A stretch of 24,731 nucleotides of DNA from an uncultured Legionellaceae bacterium (GTDB lineage: Bacteria; Pseudomonadota; Gammaproteobacteria; Legionellales; Legionellaceae), in NCBI GenBank assembly GCA_903887975.1, contig CAISSD010000194.1:1-24731 (forward strand), written 5' to 3'. A program made the position numbers and the translations under genes. Below are positions 1-8,499 of the stretch, in pieces (position 1 is the first letter of the stretch; every line of letters begins with the position of its first letter). Below the pieces are notes generated by a model, which saw nothing but the letters and a program-made list of their open reading frames with translations, did no database searches and was not told where the DNA came from.

Positions 1-29
1 AAATAATCTTTTTTCTGTTCAGGGCCCAA

Positions 30-71
30 CCCTTCGAGACGCGTGCTACGCACGCTCCTCAGGGCGAACGG
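30..71. repeat. GC-rich palindromic element (REP-like dispersed repeat candidate)
   Basis: CCCT-TC-GAG-AC-GCGTGC-TAC-GCACGC-TC-CTC-AGGG-CGAACGG is a nested hairpin (GCGTGC 41-46 / GCACGC 50-55; CCCT 30-33 / AGGG 61-64) in AT-rich intergenic DNA. Only one copy is in the window, so repeat status is inferred. Confidence 0.45.
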
Positions 72-207
72 ATTAAGGAAAAATGGATAAAGTCGAGTTC
101 GTAGGATTTAAAATCTTCTAAAGACATTATGATTGCGGGCTTGCCCTTTTGACGGGTACTTATTATTGTACGCAATATTTAATGATATTCTTGCGTGTCA
201 CAAGTCC

Positions 208-237
208 TTGCTAATGCGTTTCAAATTGTGTTATTAT
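208..237 (+). promoter_or_regulatory. Candidate sigma70 promoter for the membrane-protein gene
   Basis: TTGCTA (208-213), 18-bp spacer, TG at 229-230, then TATTAT (232-237; extended -10), 35 bp upstream of the ATG at 272. Confidence 0.4.
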
Positions 238-271
238 TATGCAATGTTCGTTTATTTTTCAAACACATGCC

Positions 272-1525
272 ATGACCGACTTTCATTCTCGACCCGCTTC
301 TCTATTGGCACATCGCCAGCAATTTTTCAAAAAATCAGATTTATCGATTAAAAATCTGCACCGTCTTGAGATCGATCCTATTTTTGTTGGCGAACATAGA
401 GTTACTATAGAGCGCGCTATGGATAACTATTGGACTGTTATCAAAAATAATCCAGAACAATTGAACGAACAAGATGTTTTGTATTGTTTGCACTTAAGTG
501 GGATTTTGCATGTCTATTATGCTGATTATGACAATCAATTAAAAGAACAGCACGCTGCTTTGGTTTGGTGTGAACTGGATAATTTATTACAAAATAAGAA
601 ACTTAGTCTGCCAGTATTGCCAACAAGGCTTGAACAATTAACCAAAGATACCGAAGACTTTTTTTTCATGTGGGCGCATACCTCCGCGATACAATCCTGG
701 GTTTCATGGCTCAACATGCAACGACTTTCTGTAACGTTTTCAAGGTTATATTGGTCGGAATATGCTAAGCCAAATCACCCCTTTATTCCCTTAATGCCCT
801 TTTTTAATGCCTTAAGTGTGGGGCTTTTTGCCATTCGAATCTCAATTAATCTGGCGATGATCTTAAAACATACGGTTTTGGGGCAAGAAGGAACATGGTT
901 TGAGCGCTTGATGATCGAAGCTCAGTGTCGTCATTGGGTGATGGTTAATGACGTTCTTTGGGGGCTTATCAACACGCTGACCAATTATAATATGGTTTCA
1001 GCGAATGCTGCTGGTAATCTTCTTGGCGTAGGGTTATTCATTGATTTTACTTGGTTGATTTGGTCTTATCATTTGGAGTATGGTTTGTATCAAGAACAAA
1101 AAAAGGGACTTGATGGTGCGTTTTTGGCACAAGTTGAGGCTAAATGGCAACATAAGCAAGCGGTATTGCACTGTTACATGCTCGCTGCTTCCGTGCTTTT
1201 TTTGGGTTATGGTTTGTCCATGCTTTGTCCTGCTTGGACCATCGCATCATTTTTGATCTGCCAAGTTGGGGTTTCTTTGTACTGCTCTGGTGAACAATAT
1301 GCCGCGTGGGCGCAATCAAACAGCGAAAAAGACCGAGATCTTTTTGTTGCAAGTTGCACGGAGAACACCATTATCCCCTTAATCATCATGGGTGTTTGTG
1401 CGCTAAATTGGGAAGCAGCATTGTTGGTGTTTGTGTTTTACCAAGGTTACAAGTATGTCAGTCAATTGCCAGAGCCTGGCGAGGATGAATCATTCATTTG
1501 GGATGCATTGGGGTATAAACCCTGA
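272..1525 (+). CDS. Hypothetical polytopic membrane protein, possible Dot/Icm effector (Lpg3000-like by synteny)
   Basis: Long ORF (track 239-1525; MTDFHS start at 272 preferred). Soluble N-terminal half, several hydrophobic segments in the C-terminal half, acidic tail EPGEDES. It lies beside an astacin gene. No catalytic motif recognised. Confidence 0.7.
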   Translation: MTDFHSRPASLLAHRQQFFKKSDLSIKNLHRLEIDPIFVGEHRVTIERAMDNYWTVIKNNPEQLNEQDVLYCLHLSGILHVYYADYDNQLKEQHAALVWCELDNLLQNKKLSLPVLPTRLEQLTKDTEDFFFMWAHTSAIQSWVSWLNMQRLSVTFSRLYWSEYAKPNHPFIPLMPFFNALSVGLFAIRISINLAMILKHTVLGQEGTWFERLMIEAQCRHWVMVNDVLWGLINTLTNYNMVSANAAGNLLGVGLFIDFTWLIWSYHLEYGLYQEQKKGLDGAFLAQVEAKWQHKQAVLHCYMLAASVLFLGYGLSMLCPAWTIASFLICQVGVSLYCSGEQYAAWAQSNSEKDRDLFVASCTENTIIPLIIMGVCALNWEAALLVFVFYQGYKYVSQLPEPGEDESFIWDALGYKP

Positions 1526-2307
1526 ACCGCTGCAATATCTTTTTCACTCAATTGAATGCGTTGTCCAATTTCAACATTGGGTTTGATGGGAATAATGGTT
1601 TTCTCGCCATTAATGGAAAAAGCATAGGCTGAATAATGCATGATGGATTGATAGTCATAGTCACCGAAGTCTTTTCCATTGGATAAATATTGACTAAAAT
1701 TATATTGATTGATTTCGGAAATATTATCCCAAATGATGGCAACATAACGATCGCGATCGCGCCGCGATTGTTCGTGCCATAGGCCCAATGTATGCCCAAT
1801 TTCATGGACAATACTCATGGTATTGCAGCGTGATGCAAGTTTTATTTCTTGTTCCCCACCTTGCATGCCGACGTGAGATGCACAAAGGGTGCCACCAGCA
1901 GGCGTGAATAAAACATAATTGGGATGATTTTCTTTTTCATCTTCATGAAGCTCAATAAAACGCACATGGGTTTTTTGATGCCATAAATCCATGGCATCAA
2001 GCGCATACAATTGACTTAACGCAGGGAAATTGGGTGCAAATTTGTAGGGAATGGTGCTGTTTGGCCAGGGTTCTCCGCCAAGACGAGGCATGATGATGGC
2101 GCCTTTGATGGCGGGGTCTGATTTTGGGAGCAGAATGTCGCCTTCTATCGTGTTGACACCATGGTTTTGTACGTAAATGATTTCTTGGGCTTTGCTGTTG
2201 GATGTTTTTATCCACGCATGGTGCAGTGACGCGCCCAAAACCCATGAAATGGGGCTACAAAAAATAAATGTGATTAGCGTTTGAGGGATAAAATATAATT
2301 TTTTCAT
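1462..2307 (-). CDS. Astacin-family (M12A) zinc metalloprotease, LegP-like
   Basis: HEIGHTLGLWHEQSR (HExxHxxGxxH), Met-turn SIMHY, propeptide motif IEGDIL, hydrophobic N-terminus. Its start overlaps the rsmI stop (ATGA). Confidence 0.92.
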   Translation of the reverse strand: MKKLYFIPQTLITFIFCSPISWVLGASLHHAWIKTSNSKAQEIIYVQNHGVNTIEGDILLPKSDPAIKGAIIMPRLGGEPWPNSTIPYKFAPNFPALSQLYALDAMDLWHQKTHVRFIELHEDEKENHPNYVLFTPAGGTLCASHVGMQGGEQEIKLASRCNTMSIVHEIGHTLGLWHEQSRRDRDRYVAIIWDNISEINQYNFSQYLSNGKDFGDYDYQSIMHYSAYAFSINGEKTIIPIKPNVEIGQRIQLSEKDIAAVQGLYPNASQMNDSSSPGSGN

Positions 2308-3170
2308 GATTCTGACGCATTGATACTTAAAGCCAGTTTATAAAGTCGGTTTTTTTGAATACCGGTTAATTTGGTTGCCAATTTAACAGCTTTAGCCATA
2401 GGAAGTTCTTCCAATAATAGCGATAGTGTTTTTAGAGTTTGAGCGTCTTCGTTGGTGTTTTCAATATGGACTTTGGGGGGTAGCAGTAAGACAAACTCTC
2501 CATTGCAATGTTTTTCGTTGGATGTTAACCATGTGTTGATGTTGATGCTGGTGTCTGATTGAAAGTATTCATGCGTTTTGGTGAGCTCTTTGGCCAAGAC
2601 CATGGGATAATCTTCACCAAAAATAGTCATGATGTCATTCATGCACGCTAAAATCCTATGGGTTGATTCATACACCACAACCGTATGATTGAATGCCCCA
2701 ATCTCGGCTAATTTTTGTTGGCGTGCGGATTTTTTGGCGGGTAAAAACCCAAAAAAAGTAAATGCATCACAAGGAACTCCAGCTGCGGATAAAGCCGTGA
2801 TGATGGCACAAGGTCCTGGTATGGGGGTAACAGGAATATTGGCCTCTCGCGCTTGATGAACCAAAGGATAACCCGGATCGCTAATCAGTGGTGTACCGGC
2901 ATCGCTAATGAGTGCAAAATTGGTACCCATAAGCAATGATTCAAGAATGGATTTTGTTTTTTCCATTTCATTGTGGGCATGTAGTGAAATTAAAGGCTTA
3001 TGGATGCCTAAGTCTTTGAGTAGGCCCCCAGAATGCCTGGTATCTTCAGCCAAAATTTTATCAACCGATTGTAATGTACTCAATGCACGTAACCCAATGT
3101 CTTGACGATTGCCAATTGGGGTGGCCACAATATAAAGTGTACCAACAGTTCTTGCTGAAGCTGTTGTCAT
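2304..3170 (-). CDS. rsmI: 16S rRNA (cytidine1402-2'-O)-methyltransferase
   Basis: GTLYIVATPIGN, AEDTRH, ALISDAGTPLISDPG, PIPGPCA, YESTHR, KELTKTHE. Confidence 0.96.
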   Translation of the reverse strand: MTTASARTVGTLYIVATPIGNRQDIGLRALSTLQSVDKILAEDTRHSGGLLKDLGIHKPLISLHAHNEMEKTKSILESLLMGTNFALISDAGTPLISDPGYPLVHQAREANIPVTPIPGPCAIITALSAAGVPCDAFTFFGFLPAKKSARQQKLAEIGAFNHTVVVYESTHRILACMNDIMTIFGEDYPMVLAKELTKTHEYFQSDTSININTWLTSNEKHCNGEFVLLLPPKVHIENTNEDAQTLKTLSLLLEELPMAKAVKLATKLTGIQKNRLYKLALSINASES

Positions 3171-3216
3171 GGTTTATCCTTTCGTGAACTTGTGTTTGGG
3201 ATGGATTATGACGATC

Positions 3217-5019
3217 ATGCGCCTTATTATACGTCTTTTTAATTGTTTTTTTATCATCATACTTGCGGCTCTGCTTTCTCAGTGTACACAAATCACGTCC
3301 TCAGAAGAAAGTGCGTTGCATTCACAAAAAAATAAATCTGGATTGCCAAGTCCTTATACCATGCCTGCTTCGGCTTATTTGGCCATGGCCGCCAATCAAT
3401 CCGGGCAGGAAAAAGCATCGCTACAGTTATTGGCCGCTGGTCGATTGGTGGTTGATGGACAATGGCATCAAGCTTTAGACATTCTATCACAAATGGGTGC
3501 CGTGTCGCCTTTATTGATGGATCAAAAAAGCATATTGCTGGCAAAAATTGATTTGATTCGAGACAACCCACAGGCTTCAATTATTCAATTATCCAAAGTT
3601 TCGGATGTACATGCATTGTCATTGTATTTTCAGGCCCAATTTCATGAGATTTTGGCGCAGTGCTATCAAGCGGTTGGTCATGTTGGTGAGTCGATTCATG
3701 AGCGCATGAAGTTGGATAAGATCCTTCCTGATCCCCAATCGTTAGAAAATAATCGTCGTGTTTTATGGTTGTCCTTGGTCAAGATGTCACCGGCTGATTT
3801 ACAAACATTGTCCATCGAAGCGCGTGAAGGCTCTACTTTGGCGGGTTGGTTGCAATTGGCATTGATATCACAACAATCTTTATCAGCCAAACAATTGTTG
3901 GCTGCAATTAAAGCATGGCAAGAAGCGTATCCCCTGCATCCTGGTCGCTCTATTTTACCAAAGCCATTGGATTCAGTAACGTCAAGTCTTTTTGCCACAC
4001 CACAAAATATTGCGTTGCTGTTGCCCATGAGTGGTAGTCTCGCAGGACCAGGTGGTGCCATTCGAGATGGGTTTATGGCTGCACTTCATGAAGCCAATGG
4101 AACTGAATCTGGTGTTCATGTTTATGATACAGAGCATGCCGATGTTAAGGCTTTGTACCAACAAGCAGTGGAAGAAGGCGCGGACTATATCGTTGGCCCA
4201 TTAACCAAACAAGATGTTGCGATGCTGATGCATATGAAACATCCAGTGCCAACGGTTTTTTTGAATGATTTGAATGAAGCCAGTGGATTTAATACTTATC
4301 AGTTTGGATTGTCCCCGGCTTATGAAGCGCGTCAAGTTGCGGTTGCAGCGCACAAACGAGGGTTATCAAAGGCCTTGGTGATTGCGCCTATGGGTGTTTG
4401 GGGTGATGAAGTTGTCGCGGCGTTTAAGCAGCAATGGCAAATCGTTGGTGGAAGCATTGTTGATGAATTGCATTATCAAGCCGATGAGGACTTAAATATT
4501 GCGGTGCGAAATTTTTTGCAGGTGACCCACGTTGATGCCATGACACATCATGTTAAACCAACCAAAGGCGCGCATCCACAAGCACATCCGACGCGAAGAG
4601 AAGATTTTGATGTGGTGTTTTTATTGGCCTATCCCAGTAAAGCGCGTCAAATCATGCCGTTGTTGAAGTATTATTATGTCACACGCACACCAGTTTATGC
4701 CATTTCTAGTGTTTATGCGGGCGTTGTCAATACCATGGAAGATAGAGATTTGGATTCGATTATTTTTTGTGACATGCCATGGATGTTCACGCATCAACGT
4801 GGCAATCGAAATTGGCCGGAGCAACTGAACAGTTATCAGCGTTTGTTTGCATTGGGTTTTGATGCCTATCGATTGTCGACCCAACTGAATCGTTTGTTGT
4901 TGTTTCCTGCCATGGGGTTTAGTGATAAAACTGGTGTTTTGTATTTAAACGCCAATCACCAAATCACGAGGCTTTTAACTTGGGGACAGTTCAAACAAGG
5001 TGTTGCCACGCCTTTATGA
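3217..5019 (+). CDS. lpoA: Penicillin-binding protein activator LpoA/LppC lipoprotein
   Basis: Signal peptide ending LLSQC (lipobox-like), TPR-like N-domain, IALLLPMSG, AIRDGFMA, IVGPLTK, RLFALGFDAY. Divergent from rsmI as is typical. Start chosen to fit the signal peptide; the track start is 3169. Confidence 0.9.
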   Translation: MRLIIRLFNCFFIIILAALLSQCTQITSSEESALHSQKNKSGLPSPYTMPASAYLAMAANQSGQEKASLQLLAAGRLVVDGQWHQALDILSQMGAVSPLLMDQKSILLAKIDLIRDNPQASIIQLSKVSDVHALSLYFQAQFHEILAQCYQAVGHVGESIHERMKLDKILPDPQSLENNRRVLWLSLVKMSPADLQTLSIEAREGSTLAGWLQLALISQQSLSAKQLLAAIKAWQEAYPLHPGRSILPKPLDSVTSSLFATPQNIALLLPMSGSLAGPGGAIRDGFMAALHEANGTESGVHVYDTEHADVKALYQQAVEEGADYIVGPLTKQDVAMLMHMKHPVPTVFLNDLNEASGFNTYQFGLSPAYEARQVAVAAHKRGLSKALVIAPMGVWGDEVVAAFKQQWQIVGGSIVDELHYQADEDLNIAVRNFLQVTHVDAMTHHVKPTKGAHPQAHPTRREDFDVVFLLAYPSKARQIMPLLKYYYVTRTPVYAISSVYAGVVNTMEDRDLDSIIFCDMPWMFTHQRGNRNWPEQLNSYQRLFALGFDAYRLSTQLNRLLLFPAMGFSDKTGVLYLNANHQITRLLTWGQFKQGVATPL

Positions 5020-5859
5020 TTTTGTCAGGGCTTCAAATAATTGTATGGGTTTCCCACTTGAAGCTAGTGTTTGCCAATCCTCGGCTAGATTTTTGGCAAA
5101 TAAGACAATCACGGTTGAACCCAATTTAAAATAACCCAATTCATCACATTGTCTTAGTGTGATGGATTCATCATGGGGTTGCTCTAAAATCATGGGTTTG
5201 GATTGGTGGGCAATATCCCCATGCCATCGGGTACCAATTTTGCCCACAATGGCAGCACCCACCAAAACCATGGCCATGAGCCCAAGTGGGGTATCAAACA
5301 GGGCCACCAAGCGTTCGTTTTTTGAAAACAATTGAGGGATCACTTGAACCGTGGCAGGCTGTACGGAGAAAAATTTTCCAGGAACATAGAGCAATTTTTT
5401 TAACGTTCCATCAATGGGCATATGAATACGGTGATAGTCTTTGGGGGATAAATAAAACGTTGCAAAAAATCCATCTTCAAAATTTTTCGCAAGCGATTCA
5501 TTGCATGCCAATAGCGATTGAACACTGTAGTGCCAGCCTTTGGCTTGTAATAATTGGCCTTGGGTGATGGGGCCTTTTTCGCTAAGAACACCATCAACAG
5601 GCGAGACCACGGATGCATGGGCTTTTGGTCGAACGCCGGGTTTTAAGCGCCGAATAAAAAAATCATTAAAACAGGCATAATTTCTTGGGTTTTCTTCTTG
5701 GGCATCAGACATATTGACTTGATATTGACGAACAAAGCGTTCAATCAAATGGTTTTTGATCCACGTGGTTTTGATGTTCGCCATAAAGCCGGCAAATAAA
5801 TTCAGTTCTTTTTTGGGAATAAAAAATTGCGGTAGGGTTTTTATATAATGTTTTATCAT
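5014..5859 (-). CDS. psd: Phosphatidylserine decarboxylase proenzyme
   Basis: FNDFFIRRLK, SPVDG, FYLSPKDYHRIHMP, NERLV, GYFKLGSTVIVLF (LGST self-cleavage motif). Start at MIKHY (5859) preferred over the track start 5952. Confidence 0.95.
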   Translation of the reverse strand: MIKHYIKTLPQFFIPKKELNLFAGFMANIKTTWIKNHLIERFVRQYQVNMSDAQEENPRNYACFNDFFIRRLKPGVRPKAHASVVSPVDGVLSEKGPITQGQLLQAKGWHYSVQSLLACNESLAKNFEDGFFATFYLSPKDYHRIHMPIDGTLKKLLYVPGKFFSVQPATVQVIPQLFSKNERLVALFDTPLGLMAMVLVGAAIVGKIGTRWHGDIAHQSKPMILEQPHDESITLRQCDELGYFKLGSTVIVLFAKNLAEDWQTLASSGKPIQLFEALTKS

Positions 5860-5943
5860 GATGGGTTGAAGTTCAATGTCGTACCAAACCGTACAGTATA
5901 TACCAAAACGCATCAAACTGCATTGATTTGGTTTGGTTTTTTG

Positions 5944-5976
5944 AACGCGCAAAATACCAGCAGGTTTTTGCGCGTT
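5944..5976. terminator. Strong stem-loop between the small peptide gene and psd
   Basis: AACGCGCAAAA (5944-5954) / TTTTGCGCGTT (5966-5976), a perfect 11-bp stem with an inner ACC/GGT pair. It lacks a U-tract on the minus strand, so terminator function is uncertain. Confidence 0.5.
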
Positions 5977-5983
5977 GTTTTAG

Positions 5984-6184
5984 CTATTTTGAAGGCAGAA
6001 TATTGTTTCTTTTTTCACAAAAGTCTTTGGGTGGTATTTTACAGTGGTGATTTGATTCTCTGCACCACTTGGTGGCTTTTTCAACGCATGCTTTTGATTC
6101 TTGTGAATCATAGTCATAAGCTGGCATTGCTGCATAAGCACATGCAACAAACATGGATACAAGTACAGCAATCATTTTTTTCAT
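5984..6184 (-). CDS. Small secreted cysteine-rich protein (66 aa)
   Basis: Sec-type signal MKKMIAVLVSMFVACAYA. The 48-aa mature part has C-x7-C-x6-C-x7-C. AAGGA Shine-Dalgarno 7 nt before the ATG; hairpin right after the stop. Confidence 0.75.
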   Translation of the reverse strand: MKKMIAVLVSMFVACAYAAMPAYDYDSQESKACVEKATKWCRESNHHCKIPPKDFCEKRNNILPSK

Positions 6185-6325
6185 GATATTTATCCTTTTA
6201 TAGTGATTGTCTAATTATTTCTATCCTAATTTATTCTGGAATGCAACAACAAAGATATTGGCGAGCGTCACCATCAATGGTAATCTATGTGCGTTCATTT
6301 TACTTTAATCTTATAGGATACACTA

Positions 6326-6604
6326 ATGGGTGCAAAACAATTCATCAATTATTTATGGTCATTACTTGGTTTCAAAAAATCTGCGGGCTTAAGCACACAA
6401 TCAAAACGCGGAACCATTAAATTTTTTGACAAAAAAAAGCGATTTGGGTTTATTATTTCAGGAAAAAATGAATATTTTTTTCACGCGCAAGGCACCAATC
6501 CCAAAGATTTTAAAGGCTTACAAGATGGTGTTGCGGTGCGATTTGATGTGATACAAGGGAAAAAAGGCTTACAAGCCGATAATGTGGAGATTGTTAGGGG
6601 ATAA
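6326..6604 (+). CDS. Cold-shock domain protein with N-terminal extension
   Basis: RGTIKFFDKKKRFGFII (RNP1), YFFH (RNP2), LQDGVAVRFDVIQGKKGLQADNV. AGGA Shine-Dalgarno upstream. Confidence 0.9.
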   Translation: MGAKQFINYLWSLLGFKKSAGLSTQSKRGTIKFFDKKKRFGFIISGKNEYFFHAQGTNPKDFKGLQDGVAVRFDVIQGKKGLQADNVEIVRG

Positions 6605-6608
6605 AATC

Positions 6609-7586
6609 ATGAAGGCCAAGCATTCGGTTCAAGAGCATTTGTTACAATTACAAACGCATTTAAATACCCGGATTTTGGGGCAAGAAAATTTAATTTTAAG
6701 ATTACTCATCGCTTTACTTGCCGATGGACATTTGTTGGTTGAGGGGGCGCCTGGCCTTGCCAAAACACGTGCTGTCAAAGAGCTTTCTTTGGGTGTTGAA
6801 GGCAGTTTTCATCGTATTCAATTTACCCCTGATTTGTTACCGGGCGATTTGACTGGAACCGATGTGTTTCATCCTGAAGACGGCTCTTTTGTGTTTCAAC
6901 CGGGGCCAATTTTTCATCATTTGCTGTTGGCTGATGAAATCAATCGAGCACCCGCTAAAGTTCAATCGGCTCTGTTGGAAGCCATGGCCGAGCGACAAGT
7001 CACCATTGGTGGAAAAACTTATCCGTTGCCAGAGCTTTTTTTGGTGATGGCCACCCAAAACCCCATCGAACACGAAGGAACATACCCTCTGCCTGAAGCG
7101 CAATTGGATCGGTTTTTAATGTATGTGACGGTCGACTATCCCAACGTGGCCGTTGAGCAAGCCATTTTATCTTTGGCGCGTTTGGAAGCGCAGCATGTTG
7201 CGTCATCCGCGCCTGCCATTAAGCCTTTAACTCAAGCGGTTTTATTTGAAGCGCGTCAAGACGTTTTGCGTGTTTTTACCAGTGAAGCTTTAGAGCAATA
7301 TTTGGTTCAATTGGTTGTTGCCACCCGAAATCCTTCGGTATTGAGCCAAGATTTGGCGCGATGGTTGCGTTTGGGCGCAAGCCCTAGAGCCACCATTGCG
7401 CTGGATAGGTGTGCAAAAGCGCACGCATGGCTTTGTGGGCGCGATTATGTCATGCCTGAGGATATTCACGCGATGGCTTATGATGTGTTGCGACATCGCA
7501 TTTTGCTAACGTTTGAAGCGCAAGCCGAAGGTATCTCTCCTGATGATTTCATCCATGAGTTATTACAATTGGTGGCTTTACCCTAA
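6609..7586 (+). CDS. moxR: MoxR-family AAA+ ATPase
   Basis: GHLLVEGAPGLAKT (Walker A), RIQFTPDLLPGD, LLADEINRAPAKVQSALLEAM, ATQNPIEHEGTYPLPEAQLDRF, GASPRA. Confidence 0.96.
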   Translation: MKAKHSVQEHLLQLQTHLNTRILGQENLILRLLIALLADGHLLVEGAPGLAKTRAVKELSLGVEGSFHRIQFTPDLLPGDLTGTDVFHPEDGSFVFQPGPIFHHLLLADEINRAPAKVQSALLEAMAERQVTIGGKTYPLPELFLVMATQNPIEHEGTYPLPEAQLDRFLMYVTVDYPNVAVEQAILSLARLEAQHVASSAPAIKPLTQAVLFEARQDVLRVFTSEALEQYLVQLVVATRNPSVLSQDLARWLRLGASPRATIALDRCAKAHAWLCGRDYVMPEDIHAMAYDVLRHRILLTFEAQAEGISPDDFIHELLQLVALP

Positions 7587-7599
7587 TGGGGCGTTCTTC

Positions 7600-8499
7600 A
7601 TGGCTGAAGGTATTACTTTATCCTTAACAGAGTTGATTGCATTGCAACAGGCGGTGGGGCCCATGCTACCTCACGCGGGGTTTTCGGGGCAGAGACAAGG
7701 CGCCCATCTTGCGCGTGTTCGTGGTCGGGGCATGAGTTTTGCCGAAGCACGAAATTATCAAGCTGGTGATGAAATAAGACATATGGCGTGGCGTATGACG
7801 GCCAGAACCGGCAAGCCGCATGTGAAACTTTATCATGAGGAGCGCGAACGGCCGGTGATGGTGGTGGCTGATTTTAATGCGTCGATGTATTTTGGTACGC
7901 GTTGTGCCTTTAAATCTTATATAGCCGCACAATTGGCAGCATTGATTGCTTGGACGGCATTAAGTCATCATGATCGTATTGGTGGGTTGTTGTTTACGGA
8001 TCACAAGCATTATGAATTAATGCCCAAAGCAGGAAAAGCCGGGATTGTTTCGATGTTGTCGATGTTAAGTCAACTGACCCATCAGGAGACTGCTTCTTTA
8101 TCTGGGATTTGCACTTTAAATAGCATGTTGATGCGACTTCGTCGGGTGGTAAAGCCAGGAACTCTGGTGGTCATCATCAGTGATTTTTACCACGTTGATG
8201 AAGACACGAAAGCGCAATTCATGCGTTTGGCACAGCATCATGATGTTGTTGCTTATCATGTTTGTGATCCTTTTGAATGTGCTCCTGAACCACAAAATCC
8301 ATGGGTGTTAACGCATGGGGGGCAAGATATTGTTTTGGATAGGACGAACCACGAGGTATATCAGGATTATTGTCACAAGCGATTTTTGGGTTTAAAAAAA
8401 ATGTTTCAGCAATGCAATATTCCTTATTTTAAAGCATTAACCACAGAGAGCATGCCTTTGTTGGTTCGACAAACATTTTTGGGGCAACAGCATGCCTAA
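7600..8499 (+). CDS. DUF58-domain (VWA-like) protein of the MoxR operon
   Basis: RGRGMSFAEARNYQAGDEIRHMAWRMTAR, KLYHEERER, SMYFGT, VVIISDF. Directly downstream of moxR. Confidence 0.92.
   Translation: MAEGITLSLTELIALQQAVGPMLPHAGFSGQRQGAHLARVRGRGMSFAEARNYQAGDEIRHMAWRMTARTGKPHVKLYHEERERPVMVVADFNASMYFGTRCAFKSYIAAQLAALIAWTALSHHDRIGGLLFTDHKHYELMPKAGKAGIVSMLSMLSQLTHQETASLSGICTLNSMLMRLRRVVKPGTLVVIISDFYHVDEDTKAQFMRLAQHHDVVAYHVCDPFECAPEPQNPWVLTHGGQDIVLDRTNHEVYQDYCHKRFLGLKKMFQQCNIPYFKALTTESMPLLVRQTFLGQQHA

Noticed and set aside
133-351. 72-aa ORF overlapping the promoter and start of the membrane-protein gene
   Set aside because: Out of frame with the long ORF, composition typical of translated AT-rich intergenic DNA, and no ribosome-binding site.
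5860-5952. Longer psd N-terminus in the ORF track
   Set aside because: It overlaps the hairpin and intergenic DNA and does not resemble Psd; the start at 5859 fits the family.
5848-6186. 112-aa plus-strand ORF
   Set aside because: Antisense to the signal-peptide gene at 5984-6184 and runs through the hairpin; no Shine-Dalgarno or domain.
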